Source: Methanocaldococcus indicus (GTDB lineage Archaea; AGJL01; Methanococci; Methanococcales; Methanocaldococcaceae). Taken from it: a stretch of DNA of 64,000 nucleotides. The notes under the pieces are model-generated. The model was not told the DNA's origin. It worked only from the letters and a program-made list of their open reading frames with translations, and ran no database searches. The stretch is from positions 320,001 through 384,000 of the forward strand of contig NZ_CP186926.1 in the NCBI RefSeq assembly GCF_049554935.1. The letters are read 5' to 3'. The position numbers and the translations under genes are program-made. This document shows positions 50,361 through 60,192 of the stretch, one piece after another (positions within the stretch are counted from its first letter, which is position 1; each line of letters opens with the position of its first letter).

Positions 50361-51386
50361 ATGAAAGTAACAGTATATGGAGCAGGAAATCAGGAGTTAT
50401 ATATAAATAAATTAAAATTACCAGAGAGATTTGGAGGGGAGCCACCTTATGGAGGGGCAAGGATTGCGATGGATTTAGCTAATGCTGGGCATGATATTGT
50501 TTTATGTGAAGTAAATAAAAATGTTATGAGTGAGGAACTGTGGAAAAAAGTTGATGATGCAGGGGTTAAAGTAGTCAATGATGACTTAGAAGGAGCTAAA
50601 CATGGAGAAGTGCATATTCTCTTTACTCCATTTGGAAAACATACAATAAAACTTGCAAAAAATATTATTGAGCATCTCCCTGAAAATGCTGTTATTTGTA
50701 ATACTTGCACTGTATCTCCAATAGTGCTATATCTTAATTTAGAGTCTTTATTAAGATTAAAAAGGAAAGATATTGGAATTTCTTCATTCCATCCTGCAGC
50801 TGTTCCTGGAACTCCACAACATAAACATTATGTTATCTCAACATCAACACTAAATAACAAACAGTTGGCAACAGATGAACAAATAAATAAATTAAAAGAA
50901 TTGGCAGAGAGTTGTGGAAAAAAACCTTATTTAGTTCCAGCAGATGTAAGCCCTATATTTGCAGATATGGGCGTTTTAGTTACAGCAGTTGCTTTAATTG
51001 GTATTTTGGATTACTACACAGTTGGTAGAAAAGTTATAAAAGCTCCTAAGAAGATGATTGAAAAGCAAATAGTAATGAGTTTGGAAACATTAGCAGCATT
51101 AATTGAGACATCAGGGATAGAAGGTCTATTAAAAGTTTTTGATAAGGAATTGGTTATTAAAAGTGCTGAATCAATGGTTTTATTAGATGAACAAACTGAC
51201 ATAAAATTAGCTATTGAACTGTTAGAGAAAATAGATGGAGATTTAGATAAACTAAAAGAAAAAGGAACAATAAACCCAACAATTCCTGTAAGCTCCCAAC
51301 TATTGATAAATGAGATTATTTCAATTTTGGGAGAAAAAGCTGCTGAAGGTGCAATAAAAAGAGCTATGAAGGGGTTATATGAGTAA
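50361..51386 (+). CDS. Hmd paralog (HmdII/III-like)
   Basis: YGAGNQELY, GGEPPYGG, LFTPFG, NTCTVSP, HPAAVPGTPQH. Confidence 0.9.
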   Translation: MKVTVYGAGNQELYINKLKLPERFGGEPPYGGARIAMDLANAGHDIVLCEVNKNVMSEELWKKVDDAGVKVVNDDLEGAKHGEVHILFTPFGKHTIKLAKNIIEHLPENAVICNTCTVSPIVLYLNLESLLRLKRKDIGISSFHPAAVPGTPQHKHYVISTSTLNNKQLATDEQINKLKELAESCGKKPYLVPADVSPIFADMGVLVTAVALIGILDYYTVGRKVIKAPKKMIEKQIVMSLETLAALIETSGIEGLLKVFDKELVIKSAESMVLLDEQTDIKLAIELLEKIDGDLDKLKEKGTINPTIPVSSQLLINEIISILGEKAAEGAIKRAMKGLYE

Positions 51387-51756
51387 AATAAAAGTTAAAG
51401 ATGTTATGAACAAAGATTTTATAGTTTTTTCTCCTAATGATATTGGAGGAGAAGTTGTAAATTATTTATATAGAGAAAGGAAATCTTATGCTCCTGTTGT
51501 TGAAGACAATAAATTAGTTGGCTGGATAACTGCATTGGATTTATTAGCTGGATGTAAGCACTCAAAGTTAGAAGATTTAATGCTATTAATTGATGAAATT
51601 AAGATTTTAAATGAAAATGATGAGCTAACTGATGAATTAATTGATGAAATGATAAAAAATGAAGTTGTAGCTTATCCTGTAGTTAATGATAATGATGAAG
51701 TTGTTGGGACTTTATCAGTCTTTGATATTATAAAGTATCTAAAAAATAAGGAATAA
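51379..51756 (+). CDS. Stand-alone CBS-pair protein
   Basis: VKDVM..APVV..LVGWIT..DLL and YPVV..VVGTLS..DII. Confidence 0.9.
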   Translation: MSKIKVKDVMNKDFIVFSPNDIGGEVVNYLYRERKSYAPVVEDNKLVGWITALDLLAGCKHSKLEDLMLLIDEIKILNENDELTDELIDEMIKNEVVAYPVVNDNDEVVGTLSVFDIIKYLKNKE

Positions 51757-51888
51757 TTTTACTATTTTTTTTAGATTTTCGTAAAGATAAATTTTTAATT
51801 TTAAATTATAGTTATAAAGACTATTACTAAGTTTTGTTTTTTATTTTAAAACACTGGTCATATATTTAAATTTATTTTGGTGATTATT

Positions 51889-52458
51889 ATGAAAGTATCT
51901 ATAAATATATCATCCAAGAAAGATTATGAAATATACAAAACACTATTTGTTGAAGATAAAAAAGAGATTCCTAATGATAAATATCTTATAGATGATGCCT
52001 TAAAATATCTAAGAAAATATTATGATAAAAACAAAATGCAATTTAGAAGAAAAAGGAAAAAGAGAGCAACAATTCCTGTTGAGTTATTTAAAATATTTGT
52101 CTTAACAACATACAACAAGCTAAAAAACTGTGGTTCTGAGATAACACTGTATGATTTAGGTTATGAATTTGGAAAATCCTTAGATATAAAAACATTTAGA
52201 GAATTAAAAAAATTTTTCTCAGTAAATAATTTAGGTAAAGTTAAAATAATAAAAAGAAAACCATTAACTATTAAAATAGAAGAATGTGCATTTTGTGAAG
52301 ATATTGAAAAAGATGAACCAATATGTTACTTTGATGCAGGTTTATTAGCAGGAATTATAGAAAATATTTTAAATAAGAAGGTAGTTGTAGATGAAGTTAA
52401 ATGTATGGCACAGGGTTATGATGGCTGTTATTTTGAAGTTGAAGAAATAAAGGAATAA
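51889..52458 (+). CDS. V4R domain protein
   Basis: ECAFC, PICYFDAGLLAG, EVKCMAQG..GCYF. Confidence 0.85.
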   Translation: MKVSINISSKKDYEIYKTLFVEDKKEIPNDKYLIDDALKYLRKYYDKNKMQFRRKRKKRATIPVELFKIFVLTTYNKLKNCGSEITLYDLGYEFGKSLDIKTFRELKKFFSVNNLGKVKIIKRKPLTIKIEECAFCEDIEKDEPICYFDAGLLAGIIENILNKKVVVDEVKCMAQGYDGCYFEVEEIKE

Positions 52459-52460
52459 TT

Positions 52461-53075
52461 ATGATTGAGGAATTGGAAAAAAAATTGAAGCCATTAGGTG
52501 AAGTTAGTTTAATAGGTTGTGGAAGGTTAGGAGTTAGAGTAGCTTTTGATTTATTGGAAGTGCATAGAGGAGGAGTAAAAAAACTTTATATTTTTGACTC
52601 AGCTAAGATAGATGAGAATGACATTATTCATAGAAAATTAGGGGGAAAAGTTGGAGAATATAAGGTAGATTTTGCTAAAAGATTTTTTAATGAGAGAGTT
52701 GAAGCATATAGAGTAGATATAAATGAAGATAATTTAAATTTAATTAAGGGAAATGTAGCTATTATTTGCATAGCTGGTGGAGACACATTAAAGATAACAA
52801 AAAAGATAGTTGAATATTGCTTTAATAACAATATAAAACCTATTGGAACTAATGGAGTTTTTGGTATTGAAGAGAATGTTAAAGTTTCTGATGCAAAATA
52901 TACAAGAGGTCCAGCTAAGTTGCTAAATTTAGATAAAGAAGGTTTTACTGTTGTGGGAACAGAGAGATTTATAAAAGATTTTTTACCAATAACTCCATAC
53001 ACATTAGATGAAATGGCAAAAAAGATAGTTTTAGAGACATTAAAAGTTATTTATGGTAAATATGGATATGTCTAA
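52461..53075 (+). CDS. hcgE: FeGP cofactor adenylyltransferase HcgE (ThiF/E1-like)
   Basis: IGCGRLG, EVHRGG, IAGGDT, GTNGVFG, PITPY. Confidence 0.82.
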   Translation: MIEELEKKLKPLGEVSLIGCGRLGVRVAFDLLEVHRGGVKKLYIFDSAKIDENDIIHRKLGGKVGEYKVDFAKRFFNERVEAYRVDINEDNLNLIKGNVAIICIAGGDTLKITKKIVEYCFNNNIKPIGTNGVFGIEENVKVSDAKYTRGPAKLLNLDKEGFTVVGTERFIKDFLPITPYTLDEMAKKIVLETLKVIYGKYGYV

Positions 53076-54051
53076 TTAAATTCTTATGTATATATATCTT
53101 AAATAAATTTTTTAGCTCTAAATCTAACTTAACAAATCTGTTGTATGCAAAAACAAAGTAGCCATCATCTTTTAGAACATCAATTAAAATGTTTAAAATC
53201 TTTTCAATCTCTCCTTTTTTAGCAGTTGATATACCATAAGGAGGGTCTGTGATAATAGCATCTACCTTGTCAATTCCCAAGTTATTTAAAAACTCTTTTA
53301 TATTTTTTGAATCTAAGCACTCTACTTTTATAACTCTATCTAATAAATTATATTCCTCTAAGTTTATCAAAGTCCCTTTTGCCATTCTCCAATCTATATC
53401 TACTCCAATTAATTTAGCTCCTAATAATCCTGCCTCTATTAAAAATCCTCCTGTCCCACAAAATGGGTCTAAAACAATATCTCCCTCTTTTACTCTTGCT
53501 AAATTTACCATAGCCCTTGCTAACTTTGGCAGAATACATCCTGGATGGAAGAATTTTCTTAAATGAGGTCTATTTTTTTTAAAATATTCTCTGTCTCTTT
53601 GAGCTATAACCTTTCCTAAAATAATTCTATTTCTTAAAAAAACTACTTTTATTAAATTATCTGGATTGCTTAAATTTACTTTTGCATTTGTTTTCTCTTT
53701 AATTATTCTTCCCACTTCTCTCTCAACATCTAAGCTATTTATGTCTTTACAGTATTCCTTATCTAATTTTAGAGTTCTAACTGCAAATGAACCATTTATT
53801 TGAAAATTTAAATTATTTATGTTGTTATAAAATTCATTCAAATTTAAGTTATTGTGGATATATAGAATTTCATGGCTTTCATCTATGTATCCAGCTCTAT
53901 CAACTATCTCTTTTCCATAACTTTCTTTTGTTATTACATATCTTCCTAACCTATGTATTGAATTTTTATAATTATACAATTCTAAAAGTGCTTTTAACTC
54001 TTCATAAGGTAAAGATTTATGCTCACCACTTAGCTTATAACCTACTCTCAT
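53047..54051 (-). CDS. THUMP + class I methyltransferase (tRNA m2G10, Trm11/TrmG10-like)
   Basis: LSGEH, SFAVR, VNLSNPD, PKLARAMVNL, LDPFCGTGG, TDPPYG. Confidence 0.88.
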   Translation of the reverse strand: MRVGYKLSGEHKSLPYEELKALLELYNYKNSIHRLGRYVITKESYGKEIVDRAGYIDESHEILYIHNNLNLNEFYNNINNLNFQINGSFAVRTLKLDKEYCKDINSLDVEREVGRIIKEKTNAKVNLSNPDNLIKVVFLRNRIILGKVIAQRDREYFKKNRPHLRKFFHPGCILPKLARAMVNLARVKEGDIVLDPFCGTGGFLIEAGLLGAKLIGVDIDWRMAKGTLINLEEYNLLDRVIKVECLDSKNIKEFLNNLGIDKVDAIITDPPYGISTAKKGEIEKILNILIDVLKDDGYFVFAYNRFVKLDLELKNLFKIYIHKNLIRHIHIYHK

Positions 54052-54055
54052 TTTA

Positions 54056-55207
54056 TCACTTAAAAAATAGAAATTTCAACAAGTTAAATCCAAATTTGTT
54101 TTTTAAATAATCAAAAACATGAGATGTAATTTTTGCCTGTTCTTCAATATCTCCATATTTATTTATATAATCAATAATTTCACTATCTTTTAACTTATTA
54201 AAAATTTTATCTAATGTTTTATTATCTAATCTATATATTATCTTCCTCAACCATAAACCTTTTTTTATATCATCTCCAAAAACTCTCTTCCATTCTCTAT
54301 CATAATTTTTTAAATTTTCTTCTCCATTTAAATAATCTGTTATTATATTTCCAGCAATTTTTCCAGCTAATGTTGAGTAGTATATACCTCCTCCACTTAG
54401 TGGTTTTACATGACATGCAGCATCTCCAACTAATAATAAATTATCTCTGACAGACCTATTTATATATCCTATTGGTAAAGCCCCAGAAGAGAACTCAATT
54501 GGTGTAGCTTTTTTAAGTATATCTTTTGCTACTGGATGATTCTCTATAAAATTAATTAAATTGTTGTGTGCATTTCCTTTGGATAATAATCCTACTCTAA
54601 CTCTATCCTTTCCCATTGGGATAATCCAAATAAAAAAATTTTCTGTATATTTCTTATCAAAGAATATATAGACAAAGTCATCATCAACAGATACATTTAC
54701 AAATTCAAATTGACAGCTTGATAGAATTTCTCTATCTTTATTTTTTATTAAATTAGCTTTTTTTCCTATTGTTGATTTAACTCCATCAGCTCCAACTACA
54801 ACCTTTGGTTTAAAGGTATATTCTTCATCAAAGTGTTTAACTTTAACAATATAATTATTTTTTTCTCTCTCAACTGTTGCATAAGCTTTTAAAAGATAAT
54901 CACATTTTTTAGCAGTTTTTATAGCAATATCTTTATCCATTACTTTCCTTTCATATACATGTGCTTTAATCTCTTTACTCTCAATTTCTAACATACTATT
55001 TTTTGAATATATATAAGCTCCTCTAACCTTATTAACCAATCCTTTTGGAAAATCTAATTCCTTAGCTGCTCTAACACTAATAATTCCTGCACATTGTAGA
55101 GGAGTTCCAATAGATTTATGCTCCTCAACAATTAACACATTTCCCTTAATAAATCTCCCAGTTATTGAGCCAGCAATTCCCCCACCAATAATAACAACAT
55201 CATACAA
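54056..55207 (-). CDS. Geranylgeranyl reductase family flavoprotein
   Basis: IGGGIAG, PLQCAG, GADG, WIIP, VGDAA..KPLSGGGI. Confidence 0.88.
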   Translation of the reverse strand: MYDVVIIGGGIAGSITGRFIKGNVLIVEEHKSIGTPLQCAGIISVRAAKELDFPKGLVNKVRGAYIYSKNSMLEIESKEIKAHVYERKVMDKDIAIKTAKKCDYLLKAYATVEREKNNYIVKVKHFDEEYTFKPKVVVGADGVKSTIGKKANLIKNKDREILSSCQFEFVNVSVDDDFVYIFFDKKYTENFFIWIIPMGKDRVRVGLLSKGNAHNNLINFIENHPVAKDILKKATPIEFSSGALPIGYINRSVRDNLLLVGDAACHVKPLSGGGIYYSTLAGKIAGNIITDYLNGEENLKNYDREWKRVFGDDIKKGLWLRKIIYRLDNKTLDKIFNKLKDSEIIDYINKYGDIEEQAKITSHVFDYLKNKFGFNLLKFLFFK

Positions 55208-55305
55208 ATCTTCTCACCAAAAATTTAATATTACAAAGCTAATATATTATAGAACAGAATATAAATATTCTGAAAAATCTATTTCTGATAATTTAAATGG
55301 TGAGA

Positions 55306-56340
55306 ATGATGTCAAAAGTAATAACTAAATTCAGTGGTAAAGGTATATTACTAAATCAATATACTTTAAAAAATCCTGCTTTAAAATGGGAAAAATTAGA
55401 GATTATTTTATATGATGATAGTATTGAATTTATATTTCCAAATAAAAAGATGAGAATTAAATTAGAGTATATTGAAGATATTGGTGTAGAACTACCAAGA
55501 AAAGCTATAGAAATTGCAAAATCTGCATTAGAAGATATTACATACCATTCATCCATAATTTTCAATCCACCAGAAATGGAAAAAACAATGGTTGGTTTTG
55601 CTCCTGAAACTTCTATGTATGGTAGAAAACCACTTGATGCATTCTTAAGTAAGTTGTTTTATGTCCTTTTACACAAAAAACCTGTAAAAATACAGTATGC
55701 TGCAATGAAAGGAGGTTCTTTAGACCCAAATGCAAAATGGGAAGATGGGCAACTATACTTTATACAAAAGAAATCATCTGTTGGAGGTAGTAAAGAAATT
55801 TTAGTGGTTGTAGTATTTGAAGAAGAAAAACCTAAGGTATATAATGTATTTACAAATATAGAAGCAATGAGATTAAAAGAGAAAGTTATTGATGGAGAAA
55901 CAGTTGAGGCATTAGAAATTAAACAAGTAAAAAACAATGAAAGTATAACATCATACTTATATACTGATAATAAAACAAGATTATTTATTTTAAGATATTT
56001 AGCAAATCTTACAAAATATAAACATGCTGTAAAAGATTTATTACCAAAATCTGAAGATGAAATAATATCTGAATTTGCTGCTGAGGCATTCTCAGGAGAA
56101 AAAATTAAAAGTGAAATTGAAAAATTAAAACCTGAGGAACAAGAGATTTTAGTAGCTCTATACACTGGAATATCTTCATTAGAACTACCCACTATGTTGG
56201 GAATGGATGTAGATGAAGTAGAGAGAATATTAGATGACTTAATTGATAAAGGTTTATTAAGATTAGTTAGAGTTAGAAAAGAAGTTGAATTAAGTGAGAA
56301 AGGTAGAGCTATAACTAACTACTTAGTTTCCAACTTCTAA
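55306..56340 (+). CDS. CheF-family (DUF439) archaeal chemotaxis adaptor
   Basis: YAAMKGGS...WEDG; C-terminal ILVALYTG...LIDKGLLRLVRVRKEVELSEKGR HTH tail. Confidence 0.75.
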   Translation: MMSKVITKFSGKGILLNQYTLKNPALKWEKLEIILYDDSIEFIFPNKKMRIKLEYIEDIGVELPRKAIEIAKSALEDITYHSSIIFNPPEMEKTMVGFAPETSMYGRKPLDAFLSKLFYVLLHKKPVKIQYAAMKGGSLDPNAKWEDGQLYFIQKKSSVGGSKEILVVVVFEEEKPKVYNVFTNIEAMRLKEKVIDGETVEALEIKQVKNNESITSYLYTDNKTRLFILRYLANLTKYKHAVKDLLPKSEDEIISEFAAEAFSGEKIKSEIEKLKPEEQEILVALYTGISSLELPTMLGMDVDEVERILDDLIDKGLLRLVRVRKEVELSEKGRAITNYLVSNF

Positions 56341-56922
56341 ATTATTATTTAATTTTTCTACAAACTTTCCAAATATAATTATAGAATAAAAAGATAACAA
56401 ACCAGAGATATATAAAGAAAATAAATAGATAATTATATTCTTAATAAAGATAGGGATAATTAAAACAAAAAAACTTAGAAGGACTAAGATACTAATTATA
56501 AAATAAGTTATAATCAATTCTTTAAAATATCCTTTTAAATACTCTAAAAATTCTTTTTTAAATAGCACAATCTTATTGTATGTTTTTAGATACTTCAAAG
56601 AAAAAGGTAAAAGTAATAATGTTATTTTAAGTATTATCAATGAGATTATTATTAAAAATACATCAATATAGATATTTAAGAAGTTTTTATTTGCCAATAT
56701 ATATAGTTCAATATCTAAAATTCCAATAAACATCAATATTAATGGAATTAGTATATATAAGAACATAACTACAAATACTTTAATCCCTAAGATAAATCTT
56801 CTAAAAAAATCTATTCTTGGAGTGACATCTATAAGAAAGCTTAAACACCAAAAGTTTAATATTGGAACATTTATGAGAATTCCACCCAATAGCAAGATTT
56901 TTAATAATTTCAAAAAACTCAC
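56323..56922 (-). CDS. DUF4013-like membrane protein
   Basis: Hydrophobic ORF, NVPILNF, FILGIK; start may be TTG 56913 behind AGGTGAG. Confidence 0.55.
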   Translation of the reverse strand: MSFLKLLKILLLGGILINVPILNFWCLSFLIDVTPRIDFFRRFILGIKVFVVMFLYILIPLILMFIGILDIELYILANKNFLNIYIDVFLIIISLIILKITLLLLPFSLKYLKTYNKIVLFKKEFLEYLKGYFKELIITYFIISILVLLSFFVLIIPIFIKNIIIYLFSLYISGLLSFYSIIIFGKFVEKLNNNLEVGN

Positions 56923-56933
56923 CTAAGAAAATT

Positions 56934-57107
56934 ATGATTAAAGATATAGCATTTGAATTAGTAAGTAGTATTGTTATTGGATTGATTGTTGGTTATATAT
57001 TAGCCAAACATTTTAACAACAATATATTTATTCCTATATTTTTTATACTTGGAGTTATTTCTGGATTTTATAGAATTTACAAGTTTGTTAAAAATATTGA
57101 GCAATAA
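56934..57107 (+). CDS. 57-aa two-TM AtpZ/AtpI (ATPase gene-1)-like protein
   Basis: MIKDIAFELVSSIVIGLIVGYILAKHFNNNIFIPIFFILGVISGFYRIYKFVKNIEQ; below the ORF-track size cutoff. Confidence 0.65.
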   Translation: MIKDIAFELVSSIVIGLIVGYILAKHFNNNIFIPIFFILGVISGFYRIYKFVKNIEQ

Positions 57108-57163
57108 AAATTTTATAATAAAATTTTATATATAATATATAAGACAAAATTTTGGTGATTATT

Positions 57164-57844
57164 ATGAATTTTATAAAATCAAAGAAAGGGGCAATAGGGA
57201 TAGGAACATTGATAATTTTTATAGCGTTGGTATTAGTTGCGTCAATAGCGGCTGCGGTAATTATAACCACAGCAGCAAACTTACAACACAAAGCAGCAAG
57301 AGTAGGTCAGGAATCTACCAAACAAGTCGCAAGTGGGCTCCAAGTTTTAAATGTTTATGGATATACATTTGATAAGCAGAAAATAGATAGAATGCTCATC
57401 ATTGTAACTCCAAATGTTGGAGGAGAAATTGACTTAAGTACTACAATAGTAACAATCTCTAATGGTGTAAAAAAAGTATCCTTAGTTTATTACAACGGTT
57501 CATACTACTATGACTCAGCAATAGAAGGAATTGATGGATTATTTACTTCAACTGTAGCAAATGATAGTGTTTGGACTCCATTAGCTAATGCCATAACAGA
57601 TGATAATGCATACTTCGGAGTTATAGTTATCCAAGATGCAGATGGTTCAACTAATAATACAGCTCATCCAACTATAAACTTTGGAGATAAAGTAGCTTTA
57701 GCTATAGATTTAGATAAAATAGGATTACCAATATATCCAAGACAACATATTTATGGAGAGGTTATTCCAGAATATGGTGCTTCAGGAATTATTGACTTCT
57801 ATGCTCCATCATCATTTAATACAAATGTAGTTGTTTTACAATAA
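57164..57844 (+). CDS. flaB: Archaellin (stand-alone)
   Basis: Class III signal peptide KSKKG|AIGIGTLIIFIALVLVASIAAAV, QDADGS, GDKV, GEVIPEYGA, VVVLQ. Confidence 0.93.
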   Translation: MNFIKSKKGAIGIGTLIIFIALVLVASIAAAVIITTAANLQHKAARVGQESTKQVASGLQVLNVYGYTFDKQKIDRMLIIVTPNVGGEIDLSTTIVTISNGVKKVSLVYYNGSYYYDSAIEGIDGLFTSTVANDSVWTPLANAITDDNAYFGVIVIQDADGSTNNTAHPTINFGDKVALAIDLDKIGLPIYPRQHIYGEVIPEYGASGIIDFYAPSSFNTNVVVLQ

Positions 57845-57915
57845 AAATCTTAATTTTTTAATCATTTATTTATTTGATTTTCAATTTAATAAAAATTCTT
57901 TTTTTGGTGTTGTTT

Positions 57916-58782
57916 ATGAAAATTGTTCCATTAGCTTGTGAGAGTTTAGGAGTCAGAAGTATGGCTACTTATGTTGAAACAGATAATTTAAAAATAGTAA
58001 TTGACCCAGGAGTTGCTATAGCTCCAGATAGATACAGATTAGAGCCAAATGAAGAAGAATTTAGAAGATTGAAAGAATTAAGAGAAATAATAAATAAATG
58101 TTGCTTAGATTCTGATATAATAATCATTTCTCACTACCATTATGACCACTACACTCCATTTTTTGATGATATTTATTTGGAATCAAAAGATTATGCCTCT
58201 AAGATATATAAAGATAAAATTTTATTAATTAAGCATCCTGAAGAATTTATAAATGAAAGCCAAAGAAAAAGGGCCAAAGAATTTTTAGAAAATGTTAAAA
58301 ACTTAGCTAAAAAAATAGAGTATGCAGATGGAAAAGAATTTAAATTTGGAAATACAAGGATAAAATTCTCTAAACCAATACCTCATGGAAAAGATGATAA
58401 ATTAGGATATGTTATTATGACCTTAATAGATGATAATAAGACAAAATTTTTACACACATCAGATATTCAAGGAATTCTGTATGAAGATGTTATGGACTTT
58501 ATTTTAAAAGAGAAACCAAATATTATATATTTAGGAGGGCCACCAACATATCTAATGTTTAGGTATGGAAAGAAAAACTTAGAGAAAACAAATAAGTTTT
58601 TAAAGGAAATTGTAGAAAAATTGAATCCTATAATTATTATAGACCATCATCTCCTTAGAGACAAAAAATTTAGAGAGAAGATTGATATTGAGTTTAAAAC
58701 TTCTGCTGAATTCTTAGGAAAGGATAATATTTTATTAGAGGCTTATAGAAAAGATATAAGAAATGGAAAAATAAAGTTTTAG
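57916..58782 (+). CDS. UPF0282 metallo-beta-lactamase-fold protein
   Basis: ESLGVRSMAT, IDPG, SHYHYDH, PHG, SDIQG, DHHLLRD. Confidence 0.87.
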   Translation: MKIVPLACESLGVRSMATYVETDNLKIVIDPGVAIAPDRYRLEPNEEEFRRLKELREIINKCCLDSDIIIISHYHYDHYTPFFDDIYLESKDYASKIYKDKILLIKHPEEFINESQRKRAKEFLENVKNLAKKIEYADGKEFKFGNTRIKFSKPIPHGKDDKLGYVIMTLIDDNKTKFLHTSDIQGILYEDVMDFILKEKPNIIYLGGPPTYLMFRYGKKNLEKTNKFLKEIVEKLNPIIIIDHHLLRDKKFREKIDIEFKTSAEFLGKDNILLEAYRKDIRNGKIKF

Positions 58783-58792
58783 GAGGGATTAG

Positions 58793-60169
58793 ATGTTTAA
58801 ACCAGAGGAGATAATTGAAACTATTAAAATGATTAAATTGGAGAACTTAGATTTAAGAACTGTAACTTTGGGAATATCTTTGTTAGATTGCTCAACTGAT
58901 GATATTGATAAGTTAAAAGAAAACATATACAATAAAATTGTTTCTTCAGCTGAAAATTTAGTTCCAGTATGTATAAAAGTAGAAGAAAAATATGGTGTCC
59001 CAATAGTTAATAAGAGGATATCTGTAACACCAATATCATTAATTGTTGGGAGAGCTATAAAAGATTTTGAATATGAAGAAAGAATAAAATGCTTAGTTGA
59101 GATAGGAAAAACATTAGATAAAGCAGCTAAGGAGGTAGGTGTTGATTTTTTAGGGGGATATTCTGCATTAGTTCATAAAGATTCTACTTTTGCTGATAAG
59201 GCATTAATTGATTCTATTCCATACATGATGGAAAAAACTGAAAGAGTGTGCTCTTCTATAAATGTTGCTTCTACAAAAACTGGAATAAATATGGATGCTG
59301 TAAAGAGGATGGGAGAAATAATAAAAGAGACTGCATATAGGACAGAGAAAGCTATTGGTTGTGCTAAACTTGTTGTATTTGCAAATGTTCCTGAAGATAA
59401 TCCATTTATGGCTGGAGCATTTCATGGAGTTGGAGAAGGAGACAAGGCTATAAATATTGGAATATCTGGACCAGGAGTTGTTAGGGCAGTTGTAGAAAGA
59501 TTAAAAGATGCTGATTTAGGAACATTGGCAAATGAAATTAAAAAGACAGCATTTAAGATTACAAGAGTTGGAGAACTAATTGGTAGGGAAGTTTCTAAAG
59601 AACTAAATGTTAAATTTGGAATAATTGATTTATCATTAGCTCCTACACCAGCAAAAGGAGATAGTGTAGCTAATATCTTAGAAGCTATGGGATTAGAGAA
59701 ATGTGGAACACATGGAACAACAGCAGCATTAGCTTTATTAAATGATGCTGTTAAAAAAGGAGGAGCTATGGCAACAAGTTATGTAGGAGGTTTAAGTGGA
59801 GCTTTCATCCCTGTAAGTGAAGATAGTGGGATGGTAGAGGCAGTTAAAGCTGGGGCTTTAAGTTTAGATAAGTTGGAAGCAATGACTTGTGTATGTTCTG
59901 TTGGTATAGATATGGTAGCAATTCCAGGGGATACTCCAGCAACAACAATATCAGCAATTATAGCAGATGAGATGGCTATTGGAGTTATAAACAACAAGAC
60001 AACTGCTGTGAGAATTATTCCTATTCCAAATGCTAAGGAAGGAGATGAAGTAGATTATGGAGGATTGTTAGGGAAAGCTATTGTTATGAAAGTAAATAAA
60101 TATTCTTCTGAGAAGTTTATAAAAAGAGGAGGAAGAATTCCAGCACCAATACAAGCATTAACTAATTAA
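58793..60169 (+). CDS. UPF0210 / PFL-like (DUF711) protein
   Basis: [49 protein letters not shown]. Confidence 0.9.
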   Translation: MFKPEEIIETIKMIKLENLDLRTVTLGISLLDCSTDDIDKLKENIYNKIVSSAENLVPVCIKVEEKYGVPIVNKRISVTPISLIVGRAIKDFEYEERIKCLVEIGKTLDKAAKEVGVDFLGGYSALVHKDSTFADKALIDSIPYMMEKTERVCSSINVASTKTGINMDAVKRMGEIIKETAYRTEKAIGCAKLVVFANVPEDNPFMAGAFHGVGEGDKAINIGISGPGVVRAVVERLKDADLGTLANEIKKTAFKITRVGELIGREVSKELNVKFGIIDLSLAPTPAKGDSVANILEAMGLEKCGTHGTTAALALLNDAVKKGGAMATSYVGGLSGAFIPVSEDSGMVEAVKAGALSLDKLEAMTCVCSVGIDMVAIPGDTPATTISAIIADEMAIGVINNKTTAVRIIPIPNAKEGDEVDYGGLLGKAIVMKVNKYSSEKFIKRGGRIPAPIQALTN

Positions 60170-60192
60170 TAACTAATTAATAGAGTGAGAAT

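Noticed and set aside
60159-60182. 11-bp tandem duplication TAACTAATTAA
   Set aside because: A simple slippage duplication at a stop codon, with no sign of function.
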